A stretch of DNA of 43,322 bases from Octopus bimaculoides (taxonomy: Eukaryota): contig NC_068982.1 of assembly GCF_001194135.2 (NCBI RefSeq), positions 101,226,175 through 101,269,496 on the forward strand, read 5' to 3'. The notes beneath the pieces were generated by a model. It was not told the DNA's origin. It saw nothing but the letters and a program-made list of their open reading frames with translations, and ran no database searches. Shown here in pieces: positions 23,901 to 37,072 of the stretch (position 1 is its first letter; every line of letters starts with the position of its first letter). A program made the position numbers and the translations under genes.

Positions 23901-25296
23901 NNNNNNNNNNNNNNNNNNNNNNNNNNNNNNNNNNNNNNNNNNNNNNNNNNNNNNNNNNNNNNNNNNNNNNNNNNNNNNNNNNNNNNNNNNNNNNNNNNNN
24001 NNNNNNNNNNNNNNNNNNNNNNNNNNNNNNNNNNNNNNNNNNNNNNNNNNNNNNNNNNNNNNNNNNNNNNNNNNNNNNNNNNNNNNNNNNNNNNNNNNNN
24101 NNNNNNNNNNNNNNNNNNNNNNNNNNNNNNNNNNNNNNNNNNNNNNNNNNNNNNNNNNNNNNNNNNNNNNNNNNNNNNNNNNNNNNNNNNNNNNNNNNNN
24201 NNNNNNNNNNNNNNNNNNNNNNNNNNNNNNNNNNNNNNNNNNNNNNNNNNNNNNNNNNNNNNNNNNNNNNNNNNNNNNNNNNNNNNNNNNNNNNNNNNNN
24301 ATATATATATACTTGTGAGTGTGTGTATGTCTACGTGTGTGGTAAGTACATAACTTTTTGACTCATATTAATACTTTATTTTTACATGAAAAGTATTTCA
24401 TCAAGATTCATAACCAACTGACAAACAACAGCAGCAGCTAGGCTCATAGAAACCAAAATGAACAGGGCTTTACCTCACCTATTTCATGTGATGAACGCAA
24501 GTGTTAGTTAGCAAAATGAAATATATGAATAAATAAATAAATAAATAAATAGATAAATAACTGTCAATCATTCTTCTAATCACAAATCACTCCACTAAGG
24601 ATATAATGTTTTTGGACACGATGTGAGTAAGCTGACAAAAAGATGAAAGAAAAAAAATAAACTAATCAAAAAAGAAAATTGAAAATCAAGAAAAAGCGGG
24701 AAAACTAGAGAGATAGGTAAATAAAAAGATATAGATAGAAAACAAAGACGGAGAGGAAAGAGAAAGAGAGCAAATAAACTTCGGCTAAGACCAAAAAGAA
24801 CTTCAGTGAGCAGACGTGATAATATTAACAAGCAGTGCACTCGATGACAAATAATTGCCCAGCTTTATGACATTAAATGAAAAAATAATTGCAGTTAGAG
24901 GAAATACAACTGCCACGTGGCTTCATGATTTTTTTTCTTTGTTTATTTGTGTTCGTTCCGTTTCTATCTTTTTTCTTATTTTCTTTTTTTCGCGCCTTCG
25001 GGCGACATTCAGCACCGTTGGGGGACTTAAATGAAAAGTGGGCAATTTGTTTTTTTTTTTGTTTGTTTTTTTTTAATATCACCATCACCATCATCGTCAT
25101 CATCACTATCACGACCATGTCCATCGTCAACATCGTCATAATTTTCATCATTATATTTAACACTTATAATAGATGAAATGAAACAAAATGAATGTCACAT
25201 CTGGTCACATTCTGTCGCCGTATAAAACTTCTAAAGCATAGCTATGTTTTGATGCAGCGATAAATGAAGTGTATAAATAAATAAATAAATATATAA

Positions 25297-25329
<33 letters not shown>

Positions 25330-25805
25330 NNNNNNNNNNNNNNNNNNNNNNNNNNNNNNNNNNNNNNNNNNNNNNNNNNNNNNNNNNNNNNNNNNNNNNN
25401 NNNNNNNNNNNNNNNNNNNNNNNNNNNNNNNNNNNNNNNNNNNNNNNNNNNNNNNNNNNNNNNNNNNNNNNNNNNNNNNNNNNNNNNNNNNNNNNNNNNN
25501 NNNNNNNNNNNNNNNNNNNNNNNNNNNNNNNNNNNNNNNNNNNNNNNNNNNNNNNNNNNNNNNNNNNNNNNNNNNNNNNNNNNNNNNNNNNNNNNNNNNN
25601 NNNNNNNNNNNNNNNNNNNNNNNNNNNNNNNNNNNNNNNNNNNNNNNNNNNNNNNNNNNNNNNNNNNNNNNNNNNNNNNNNNNNNNNNNNNNNNNNNNNN
25701 NNNNNNNNNNNNNNNNNNNNNNNNNNNNNNNNNNNNNNNNNNNNNNNNNNNNNNNNNNNNNNNNNNNNNNNNNNNNNNNNNNNNNNNNNNNNNNNNNNNN
25801 NNNNA

Positions 25806-25837
<32 letters not shown>

Positions 25838-25933
25838 TACATTCATTCATTCAAATACACGCGATTAATAAGCCCATATGCATAATATATGGAAGCCTAT
25901 ACTGAGTTGTCTTTCCCTACCTTTATCTGTCTC

Positions 25934-25969
<36 letters not shown>

Positions 25970-26605
25970 CACACACGCATACAGACACATACACACACAC
26001 ACGCATATGCGCGTCCCCCCCCCCCTAGACACATACGCGCGCCACCCCGAGCCCCATACATGTAACTAAAGTGGAACCATCGCAAAAAGGCTTTTTCCGT
26101 TGATCTAAATAATACAGGGGTCTAAACAAACAAATGAAAATATAAACCTATTGTGTGGTTTATATTTTAGCATATTTCTATTCTTTTTTATTTTTATTGT
26201 GAAAAGTGTATTTGAAAACACACACACATACACACATACACTCACTCATATAAATAAATAAGTATATATTATTTATTACGTTATATAATATTTATACATA
26301 CTCATATACGCATAAATATTACATACATAAACACTTAAACTGCATAAACATGTACGACAAGCATAAATTACTGTAGCACATACATATAATACATTATAAA
26401 TTATGCAGGTTTATTTATATATATGAAGAGAAGCGGACATTCTTATAAAAATTACATACGACGCTTTTGGCTTTGTCTGAGATTGTTTGTTTGAGAGAGA
26501 AAGAGAGAGGGAGGTGGCCGAGTGAAAAATAGAGAGGGGGAAGAGTGAGAGAGATAAAGCTGTATGTAATCTCTCTCTCTCTCTGTCTCTCTCTCCCTCC
26601 CTATT

Positions 26606-26660
<55 letters not shown>

Positions 26661-27412
26661 AAGTTATTTCTCTGTACGAACAACACCGTAAAATCAAATG
26701 TGATGACTCTCAGAAGAGAAATGACGACCACGTAATAATATTTAGAAACCAGAAGTAAACAGCCAAGGCTTTTTAGATGGAATACTGACATGATTCTTTT
26801 TTTTTTGTTTGTTTGTTTCGTTATTGTCAGAGACGAATAAATAGATAGAAATAAAGAAATAGAAAAATAAAAAATGTTTGGAATACAGAAAGGGTATAGA
26901 ATTCCACCACGAATTGTTGATATCAATGGAATCATTGAGCNNNNNNNNNNNNNNNNNNNNNNNNNNNNNNNNNNNNNNNNNNNNNNNNNNNNNNNNNNNN
27001 NNNNNNNNNNNNNNNNNNNNNNNNNNNNNNNNNNNNNNNNNNNNNNNNNNNNNNNNNNNNNNNNNNNNNNNNNNNNNNNNNNNNNNNNNNNNNNNNNNNN
27101 NNNNNNNNNNNNNNNNNNNNNNNNNNNNNNNNNNNNNNNNNNNNNNNNNNNNNNNNNNNNNNNNNNNNNNNNNNNNNNNNNNNNNNNNNNNNNNNNNNNN
27201 NNNNNNNNNNNNNNNNNNNNNNNNNNNNNNNNNNNNNNNNNNNNNNNNNNNNNNNNNNNNNNNNNNNNNNNNNNNNNNNNNNNNNNNNNNNNNNNNNNNN
27301 NNNNNNNNNNNNNNNNNNNNNNNNNNNNNNNNNNNNNNNNNNNNNNNNNNNNNNNNNNNNNNNNNNNNNNNNNNNNNNNNNNNNNNNNNNNNNNNNNNNN
27401 NNNNNNNNNNNN

Positions 27413-27459
<47 letters not shown>

Positions 27460-27848
27460 CACGTATATGCATACATACACATATACGTGCATATACGTCT
27501 CTATATTCTCTATAAATGCATACAGACAAACGCACACATACATATATATATGTATGTATTATGTATGTATGTATATGCATGTAGGTAGGTGTATGTATGC
27601 GCATGCGTGCATATGCATGCAGACACACACACGTATATTCACACAGACAAAAATCTCTCTCTTTCTCTCTCTCCCTCTTTCAAACACACACACGCACACA
27701 CATATATAAATATAAGCAAGCAAATCATACACTCAAAGGTACATGCATGCCCCACAGATTGTTAGAACAATGTTTTAGTGTATGAATAAAAGTAAGAGAG
27801 AGAGAGAGAGGGGGGAGAGAGATTGAGAAATAGAGAGAGAGAGAGGGA

Positions 27849-27893
<45 letters not shown>

Positions 27894-28066
27894 GAAGAGA
27901 GAGAATTAGACAGAGAGAGAGAGAGAAAGAAAGAGGAACGGGGTGCTGGAATTGTTAGATAGGGTGTTTGGGTTACAGAGATTTTTATAAAGGCGTTTTA
28001 GAACACGGTGACGAGTTAACAGCATTTACATTCCCAAATGGTAATTTACGCATGTTAGAATATATT

Positions 28067-28113
<47 letters not shown>

Positions 28114-28424
28114 ACACACACTTGCACGTGAGGCCGTCTAGCATCCTATACATATGCGTAAACGCTTGCATAAAAAATCCTTCACTTACATCTCTGTAGA
28201 GTGAGCTTTGATAAGCCGGCATTGCATGCGTTCCCATACGTGCAATATTACCCCTCCCCCACTCGAAAAAAAAAAACATGCTACAGACATAGAAAACCAA
28301 AACACTACTCGACAAATGCCCTACCATGCGTTGCATCAGTTAAGCCACAGTAAACTGAGTTTTAGAGTTTTGATTTACGAATGAGAGCAATTTATGAAAC
28401 AAAACTAAATTCATATATATATCT

Positions 28425-28837
28425 CTTTTCTTTTTATTTGTTTCAGTCATTTGATTGCGGCCATGCTGGAGCACCGCCTTTGGTCAAACAAAATCGACCC
28501 CCCAGGCCTTATTCTTTGTAAGCCTAGTACTTATTCTATCGGACTCTTTTGCTGAACCGTTAAGTTACGGCGACGTGAACACACCAACGTCGGTTGTCAA
28601 GCGACGGTGGGGTGGACAAACACTGACACACAAACATGCACAGACAGACACACATACACACACACACACACACACATATATTATATACGACGGGCTTCTT
28701 TAAATTTCCGTCTACCAAATCCACTCACAAGGCTTTGTTCGGCCCGAGGCTATAGTAGAAGATACTTGCCCCAAGGTGCCACTTAGTGGGACTGAACCCG
28801 GAACCATGTGGTTGGTAAGCAAGCTACTTACTACATC
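28425..28837 (-). mobile_element. Near full-length composite SINE (A module, (TG)n spacer, D module)
   Basis: A module 28683-28837, CA-rich spacer about 28620-28682, D module 28425-28620. Closely matches 42829-43150. Confidence 0.92.
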
Positions 28838-29124
28838 CGTTTATGATATTTACATTATAGGTAATTACGTCTAGGTATTGATATACATGTACATATGAAG
28901 AAGAATCATATGTATGTATGTATGATATTGGCAAGAAGACAAAGATTAAATTTAGCAAATCTTCAATAGTCCTTACAATTGTTTCTGTACCATCCCTTTT
29001 TCTACCTTATTGCTTGTAATTGATTCCGTGTGGAAATCACGTCATTTTTCACACTGAATTTTTCATATGCAACATGATTAGTGATAATTGTAACGATATT
29101 GAAACAACTGTAAAGAATATTGAT

Positions 29125-29315
29125 TTCAAATTTTGGCACAAAATTTCGAGGTGGAGTGGGGTGGAGGTCTTGTCGATTACACCGACTCCCAGAATCCAAC
29201 TGGTATTTACTTAATCGGTCCCGAAAAGATAAAAGACAAACTCGACCTCGGTGGAGTTTGAACTCAGAACGTAAAGACGGACGAAATGCCGAAAACGATC
29301 TTGTTAGCTAGCAGC
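29125..29315 (-). mobile_element. SINE family B
   Basis: GTCGATTACACCGAC..AACTGGTATTTACTTAATCGGTCCCGAAAAGATAAAAGACAAACTCGACCTCGGTGGAGTTTGAACTCAGAACGTAAAGACGGACGAAATGCC. Confidence 0.88.
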
Positions 29316-29614
29316 CTTAATTGTAAAGAATATTAAAACTGTGCCAAATTAATTCTTCGACTCCTTACCAGTATTATGTATTACTTGTCAAAATACCTGG
29401 AATTCCTGTACCAATAAACATCAAATTTAGGAATACACCTATTTTCTACCTTTTCAAATGCTAGACTATATATAACTGATGAAGAATTAGGGCTTTCTCT
29501 ATCGGTCCTATGTCTACATTTTTTAGCTATCGTTGTTTATTTAATGCATTTTTCATTTATTGAATAACTGAACGCCACGCATTCCGACTTTTGTTAATAG
29601 TAAGTTTTCATATA

Positions 29615-29646
<32 letters not shown>

Positions 29647-30303
29647 NNNNNNNNNNNNNNNNNNNNNNNNNNNNNNNNNNNNNNNNNNNNNNNNNNNNNN
29701 NNNNNNNNNNNNNNNNNNNNNNNNNNNNNNNNNNNNNNNNNNNNNNNNNNNNNNNNNNNNNNNNNNNNNNNNNNNNNNNNNNNNNNNNNNNNNNNNNNNN
29801 NNNNNNNNNNNNNNNNNNNNNNNNNNNNNNNNNNNNNNNNNNNNNNNNNNNNNNNNNNNNNNNNNNNNNNNNNNNNNNNNNNNNNNNNNNNNNNNNNNNN
29901 NNNNNNNNNNNNNNNNNNNNNNNNNNNNNNNNNNNNNNNNNNNNNNNNNNNNNNNNNNNNNNNNNNNNNNNNNNNNNNNNNNNNNNNNNNNNNNNNNNNN
30001 NNNNNNNNNNNNNNNNNNNNNNNNNNNNNNNNNNNNNNNNNNNNNNNNNNNNNNNNNNNNNNNNNNNNNNNNNNNNNNNNNNNNNNNNNNNNNNNNNNNN
30101 NNNNNNNNNNNNNNNNNNNNNNNNNNNNNNNNNNNNNNNNNNNNNNNNNNNNNNNNNNNNNNNNNNNNNNNNNNNNNNNNNNNNNNNNNNNNNNNNNNNN
30201 NNNNNNNNNNNNNNNNNNNNNNNNNNNNNNNNNNNNNNNNNNNNNNNNNNNNNNNNNNNNNNNNNNNNNNNNNNNNNNNNNNNNNNNNNNNNNNNNNNNN
30301 NNN

Positions 30304-30353
<50 letters not shown>

Positions 30354-30716
30354 ATACTCTGGCATGTAATGAACAAATATTATTTATTACGCAGCCGTAC
30401 TAATTAGAGTCAACTGCTTAAAGGCTCATAAATTAAAAGTATTCGTTAATAACTAATTACTTCCTATGAGCTGCGAGAGAAGGCAATGCAAGATATGAGC
30501 GACGTGAGCGTAACTGGGAATTGAAACCAGCTCACGTACTTGTTACAATGGCAATATACCTCTTGGTCTACAGCGTTCGCTACTATCAATTATCATCAAC
30601 ACGTTTGTTTTTGAATCACCTGCACGCGCAAATACATATAGTTTGCAATGCAGGCATATCTAAATGTGACTACAAATGCATTCGTAAACGCATACATGTG
30701 TGCTGCGTATATTGTC

Positions 30717-30763
<47 letters not shown>

Positions 30764-30769
30764 TGAATA

Positions 30770-31010
30770 CATTTTTCAATTCCGCTATTGTATTCAACAT
30801 GGATGCCATGCAAGTAATAAAATCCAAATTAGGATTACATGAAAAATATGGCGTCACTTTGAACGTTGAAGTTATCTTCACAATATCACCAAAGGAAAAA
30901 TATGCAGATGACACAAGCGTTTCAGCAACGCTTCAATCGTAATCATTAGCCTTCCACATACACTCAGTTGTTTAGGCAGCTCAAACAAAAGAGAAGACTC
31001 TTGTATAATG
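30770..31010 (+). pseudogene. Decayed LINE reverse-transcriptase fragment (RTE-like)
   Basis: Frame reads NSAIVFNMDAMQVIKSKLGLHEKYGVTLNVEVIFTISPKEKYADDTSVS, with YADDT at 30901-30915. SAIVFN and GVTLN resemble the SPxLFN and GxxING motifs upstream of YADD in non-LTR RTs. Stops follow, and the 5' side is replaced by (TG)n. Confidence 0.6.
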
Positions 31011-31148
31011 TGCATAAATATGGTGATAATGAGATAATTATTATGCATCATATGTGTGCGAAACACACGCATACACACACAAATACATGTATATACGCAC
31101 AACACACATATATGCCTCTCTCTCCTTCTCTTTCTCTCTGTATGCGCG

Positions 31149-31194
<46 letters not shown>

Positions 31195-31384
31195 TAGATA
31201 GATAGATAGATACATACATACATACATACATACATAGATAAAAAGATAGATAGATATAGATAGATATGTACGTGCGTATGTTTGTATATATTTCTGCGTG
31301 TGTGTACACAGACACACACACACATATACACACACACACTCATATAAACATACAAACACATGCACACATAAACATATTACATAA

Positions 31385-31635
31385 ACGGTTCTTCGTCGGT
31401 TGCGACGATAAGAATTCAGATGTTTGTTCATCTGAATTACCTGCTCCTTTCACGACATGGCTGCACCCTTGAATTGCCTATAAAATCCATCCCACGTACA
31501 GTTTCTGTGAACTTAATTTCATTAACAGGTGTTGGAACAACCATAAGCACAGGTAGAAGATAGCAACTGTCTTACGCGTAGTGGGATCAAACTTGGACCT
31601 TATGTTTGCAAAGCTATCTTTTTAATTATCCTGCA
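31385..31635 (-). mobile_element. Old SINE: degraded A-like head plus C-type double-hairpin tail
   Basis: 31385-31480 aligns by eye to the reverse complement of the family C tail (..GACATGGCTGCACCCTTGAATT vs ..GACAAGGCTGACCCTTTGAATT). 31480-31635 is a degraded A-like module (GTAGTGGGATCAAAC). Confidence 0.55.
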
Positions 31636-31706
31636 ATGCAGAGTCTTGTCTATCAGTCTTGTGTATCTTAACTCACTTGTCTACCACCCAACCAACCAAC
31701 ACACCC

Positions 31707-31786
<80 letters not shown>

Positions 31787-31828
31787 CTCTATCTATCTGT
31801 CTGTCTGTCTGCCTGCCTGCCTGCCTGC

Positions 31829-31894
<66 letters not shown>

Positions 31895-31895
31895 G
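31707..31895. repeat. Symmetric compound tetranucleotide microsatellite
   Basis: (ATCT)n-(CTGT)n-(GCCT)n-(CTGT)n-(ATCT)n. Confidence 0.95.
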
Positions 31896-31982
31896 TTTAT
31901 ATTTTTATCTGTCAATAATGTATACTTATGTATATATGCTTATATATATAAATGCATAATGTATATGTATTTGTGTATGTAT

Positions 31983-32019
<37 letters not shown>

Positions 32020-33179
32020 GAAATAGAATGGGAGAGAGAGAGAGTGGGGAGAGGGGGCAGAGAGAGATAGCTGAAGCATGTGATGGCCGAGACAGAGAAA
32101 GAAATGGAAAATGAATGACAAAGAATCAAAGAAACAGAATGCGTGGATGAAGTGTTTTAAAATAAAAAAAAAAGAAGCTAGATGCTATGCTAGTTGCTCC
32201 AGCAGTAGTGAGCATTATAAAGTGGAAACGGACATTAGCTGCTATTGAGTGAAAGGAAAATATTGGACATCCTGTCACTGTGCTGGTTTGATTCTGATAA
32301 CGGCCGATATTAGAATATTCATACATATAATGGGAATCTTGGTTACAGTGGTGAGCTGACTGTGGTGAGGAAGTGTAAAGCATATCAGCTTCAAAATATA
32401 GTGCTTCTCATATCTTCGATATCATACATATTCATATTTTTGAATTTACAGGCATCGCCAGCTTTGTTCTTTTAGAGCTCTATAAGTATTGTCTTTCATT
32501 TTCTTTTTTTTTTTCTATATTAGCCTCAATGTTTTTCTGGTACATTTGTGATACTGTGAAATTAACATTCAAGATCTAACAAGGTTTATAACTCTTTTAA
32601 GCACTGCTTGCTGTATTACTACAGTTGAAATGTATTGTAATCATTCACACACTAACGAAGTCTTTACTTTTGCTTGCACAAATTGTAAGAAATAACAGCC
32701 AAATCGTCTTCAGATCAGAATGTTTTACTTAAATAGGAAAGGAAACTGTTCTGGATATATTACGCCAGGTTAAAAAAAAAAAAAAGAAAGACAACTTTTA
32801 TGAAAATGTTTAAGCTTATATTATTCAACGAATAGTTTCTGTATTTAGAATTCAACAAGGTGCATTTTGAAAGAAAATCAACTGCCATTCCTAACAAGCC
32901 GAATGATTTCATAGATGCTTCTTTCAGTGTGTATATATGTGCATATATATGTTTCTATTGTTTCAAGCCAAATTGACGATGTATAAGGGCTACTAAACCA
33001 GCGATCGATAGTTCATAACCTGCCATCGTTGTTGAATTTGTCACCTCACTGTAAATAGGGTTTAGATACATCTAAAATCTAGCAAGCAGCGGGAGTATTA
33101 TGAAAGTGACGAATGTTTCATCAGCTTTTCTGTTGAATATTCTTTCGATAACACGAGATGATGAACCCTCAGTGTATTC

Positions 33180-33345
33180 GTTTGATTTGCTCAAAATAGC
33201 AAGCAAATCCCCCTCAGAGCACACATTTAATAATGTAGGGACAAGTTTTAAAAAATAAGATGGGCTATGACTTGACTGTTTTTAGATCATAGGTCTGTTT
33301 AGTTGGGGCTGAACTGGGACCCAGCAATAACAGCAATAACTTACA
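33180..33345 (+). mobile_element. Family E copy
   Basis: TTTGATTTGCTCAAAATAGCAAGCAAATCCCCCTC..GATCATAGGTCTGTTTAGTTGGGGCTGAACTGGGACCCAGCAATAAC. Confidence 0.7.
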
Positions 33346-34014
33346 TAACAATAAGCTCAATGAAATTTCTTATTCGACACGCAAACTACTCGTTACTATC
33401 ATAAAAGAAAAATGAGATACTGGGTGATATAGACCAGGGTACAGTATTGCTAAAAAAAAAATTTTTTTTAATGCAACAGCAGCAGTAACATCATCAACAA
33501 CGACAACATGGCGTACAGTCTATTTGGTGCCGTCCCTTCAAACCAATCTTTTATGAGAGCTAGCATGCAATCAATATGTCCGCCTGTCTCTGCAGTACAT
33601 GGAGATGGAATGTTTTCATAATTTGTTTTTGCAGACTTCCACATTTCCATTGATTAATTAATTATCATCAGGAAGTGTGTCAGTATATAAAACAGATACA
33701 TGTATGAAAGCGTGTACGCACGCGAAGACGTGTGGGCGTGTGAGTGAGTGCGCGTCTTGTGTTTGGGGATTAAATTTCAATACGTATGTAAGAAGGTCAG
33801 GGTCGGATTAACCATTTAACAAAATAAGCACGTGCTTTAGGGCAGCAGAGGAAGAGAGATACTACATAGTATTTTCCAGCGCTATATTAACCATGATGCA
33901 AATGGGAAATTCTGACTAGTCGTTTTATTAAAAACATGAATGAAAATGTGCTGAATATTTTGCATTTTTATCTTTCTTGCCCTAGTTATAAGTAAATACT
34001 ATTATTCCATAGCG

Positions 34015-34338
34015 TAAAAGCGCTTGACTTAGTGGTTAGGGCATTCGGTTTACGTTCATAAAGTCGTGAATTCGATTCCCAGCAACGCGTTGTATCCTTG
34101 AGGAAGACACTTTAGTTCACATTGCTTCAGTCGACACAGCTGACAAAAAGTGAGTTGTAACCGTAATTCAAAGGGCCACTTTTGTGTCACGCTGAATCTC
34201 CTTCAGAACTACATTAAGGGTGGGTACACGTGTCTGTGGAGCTGGCTCAGCCACTTGCACGTTAACTTCACCAGCAGGATGTTCCGTTGATCGGATCAAC
34301 TGGATGGAACACTCGTCGTCGTAAGCGACAGAGTGCCA
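34015..34338 (+). mobile_element. tRNA-derived SINE sharing the family C tail but with a different central domain
   Basis: Head TGACTTAGTGGTTAGGGC..GAATTCGATTCCC, centre TCCTTGAGGAAGACACTTT, then GTAATTCAAAGGG..CACGTGTCTGTGGAG..GTTCCGTTGATCGGATCAACTGG..GTCGTAAGCGAC as in 21500-21675. Confidence 0.9.
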
Positions 34339-34845
34339 GTTATTTCATATTAAACACGTAAAATAGAAACATGTAAAAAAACATTATATTAAAAATAAGT
34401 TGTGGCCTTGTGGACTGGCCTAAGGGATCGCATGAAGAAGAAAACTGAATTTTTTTAAATGTATTATATAGTACTCAGTGCATTGTGTCGAAATGTCTTG
34501 TCAGTTAGACAATGAAAGGGTCGAAGGGCACTGTTGGTGGGCTGTGCTTGGAGCATTGGTCTTAATCTGGCCCTTAGGAGGTGATCGTATAAAGTAAGCG
34601 ACAGGAAAGATGGATAATTAGAGCGAAGAAGAGAAAGACAAAGACGGTGTCTTCATTTTAGAGTACATTAGTGTGATGAATGTCGAAATGCGGGTACAGT
34701 TGTATATTATTTGTACACGTATATATATGCGGACCTCTTTATAACAATAAGGACATCTCTGTTGGCAAACAGACACAGACACACATACATAAACGCGCGT
34801 ACACATACACACACATACACATCGTGCGCGTGCGCGTGCGCGCAC

Positions 34846-34878
<33 letters not shown>

Positions 34879-35044
34879 TACATACACAAACGCACATGCT
34901 GGTTAATTTCAAACACTCATGGAGACTAGATACACATTCACTCTAGACGAGGACACAATATCCTTTTTACAATGTATTAACTTTCAGAGGCCAAAATAAG
35001 AAATATTTTCCGTTTCAAGTCAAAAATGTTCGCCTCTTTGACTA

Positions 35045-35235
35045 CTCATATCTGCTAGAAATATCAGCTGAATCTCCTTCAAATTGCATCTTGACTTCTT
35101 AGAAAACACTACATCGGATAATGTGGTTCAGGCCTTCTCGTACAAAGGAAAAAAGAAGTGGGATGCTGACGATTGGAATGTCTTTGATCATAAATTTGCT
35201 CGAACAGGGCTGAGCTGGGGCGAAACAACAGCAAC
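35045..35235 (+). mobile_element. Family E copy
   Basis: ATCTGCTAGAAATATCAGCTGAATCTCCTTCAAATT..TGGAATGTCTTTGATCATAAATTTGCTCGAACAGGGCTGAGCTGGGGCGAAACAACAGCAAC. Confidence 0.75.
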
Positions 35236-35623
35236 CATATAATAATGATGACAACAATAATAATAACAATAGTAACGCCCCCGTCCACATTTGTTTATGA
35301 GAAACAGGTGTAAGGGAAGTGGCTCGGAGTGTAAATATTGGAGAAGAGGAGAGGGCTGGTCTGCCGCGATGAAGGGAAGATAATGTGTTTTGGTGACTGT
35401 AATACTGGTTCGGCTAAGAGAGCGTCTCCGCGTGTGCTTGTGTGTGTTAGTGTGTGTGTGTATGAGTGTGTGTGAATGTATGTGTGTGAGTGAGTGAGTG
35501 TGAATGTGTGTGTGTGTGTATGTGTCTGAATGTATGTGTGTGCGTGTGCGCGTTGGTGCTTGTACTTGTGTGTTGCTGTGTATAAAATATACGTTTTAAA
35601 TACATAAATGTATTTTCACAAGT

Positions 35624-35667
<44 letters not shown>

Positions 35668-35772
35668 GCATAAATATTTATATTATTTACAAGTATATTT
35701 GTATGTTTTATAGATGCATGTGTGAATGTGTGTGTGTGTATATATATATATATGTGCTTGTGCTTTGTTTGT

Positions 35773-35815
<43 letters not shown>

Positions 35816-36804
35816 TGCGCGCGTTTGTGTGCATGTTAGCAGATGGAGGGACGGCAGTTTGCGTGAGAGAGTATGCAAAAAAGTCTGCAAAGCCGTATGA
35901 GTCTCAGCAAGTAACAAACATGGAACAAGCCAGCATCTATACACGTGCATACGTAACATGCGCGCATTAAATTTATTGTGGGTGCATGTGTGTATGCACA
36001 TGTGTATATATATATATGTGTGCATGTGTGTCACTGTGTGCTTCTGTATGTGTTGCTCCTGTGTTTATGAAAATATATCGGTATATGTAAAAGAAGGAGA
36101 GTAAATTTAGCAATTGTTCAATTGTGATATACATATTACACATACATATATGTATTTATACATAATGTATGCATCATATGTGTCTGTGCGTGCTTAAAAA
36201 CCGAATGTATATTCTACAGAAACTTACGCTAAGGGCATATATTCAAGAGTGCTATAGATACACTTTTAGGTTTTACTTTTTATGTTTTTTTTTTGTTGTT
36301 AAAGGGTTTTGTTTTTAACGTTTTTCATTTTTGATATATTTTCTCTCGTTTTTTCATTTTTTAACGTTATTTATACACATGGTATACTGCCTGTTACTTA
36401 CACATATGACATACATTTTACCTAATTATATTGTTCAGCATGCTACATCTCAGTTAATCTTATAATATTGAGCTCTTTTTGCTTCAGTACCCTCTGTGTA
36501 CGCTAGTGGTTATACGGGAAGATGGAGGGGAAGGAGAGGTTAGAAAGACTGACGTAGCGGTAGATAATAAAGTGGAGCAACCGAAAGAGTGGGGTAAAGA
36601 ATCAGTTAACATAGGAGTTTGTATGCAATACCTTTACTCGTTGTAGTTCTTTTGAAGCCGAAACTACGACGACATGGGTGTGTTTTTGCATGTCAGTACC
36701 TGTGTGATTGTCAATGCTTTTATGTTTCTCTGTGAGTATATATGTATGTGTGAATGGGTGCGTGTGTAGACAGACAGACAGACAGACAGACCGATCGATC
36801 TATC

Positions 36805-36840
<36 letters not shown>

Positions 36841-36841
<1 letters not shown>

Positions 36842-37072
36842 GCGGCGAACTGGCAGAAACGTTAGCACGACGGGCGAAGTGCTTAGCGGTATTTCGTCTG
36901 CCGCTACGTTCTGAGTTCAAATTCCGCTGAGGTCGACTTTGCCTTTCATCCTTTCGGGGTCGATTAAATAAGTACCAGTTACGCACTGGGGTCGATATAA
37001 TCGACTTAATCCGTTTGTCTGTCCTTGTTTGTCCCCTCTGTGTGTAGCCCCTAATGGGCAGTAAAGAAATAA
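36841..37072 (+). mobile_element. Full-length, young-looking SINE family B (tail type 2) inserted in (GATA)n
   Basis: GGCGGCGAACTGGCAGAAACGTTAGC..GAGTTCAAATTCC..GCCTTTCATCCTTTCGGGGTCGATTAAATAAGTACCAG..TAGCCCCTAATGGGCAGTAAAGAAATA, with (GATA)n on both sides. Confidence 0.95.

Noticed and set aside
29475-29580. CTGATGA motifs here and at 376, 8940, 18517 and (minus) 33118, 33666 as hammerheads
   Set aside because: No correctly placed GAAA with a paired stem II.
32452-32485. Possible 34-nt exon (GIASFVLLELY)
   Set aside because: Weak donor (TAA|GTATTG), and joining it to the 37448 exon gives an immediate stop.
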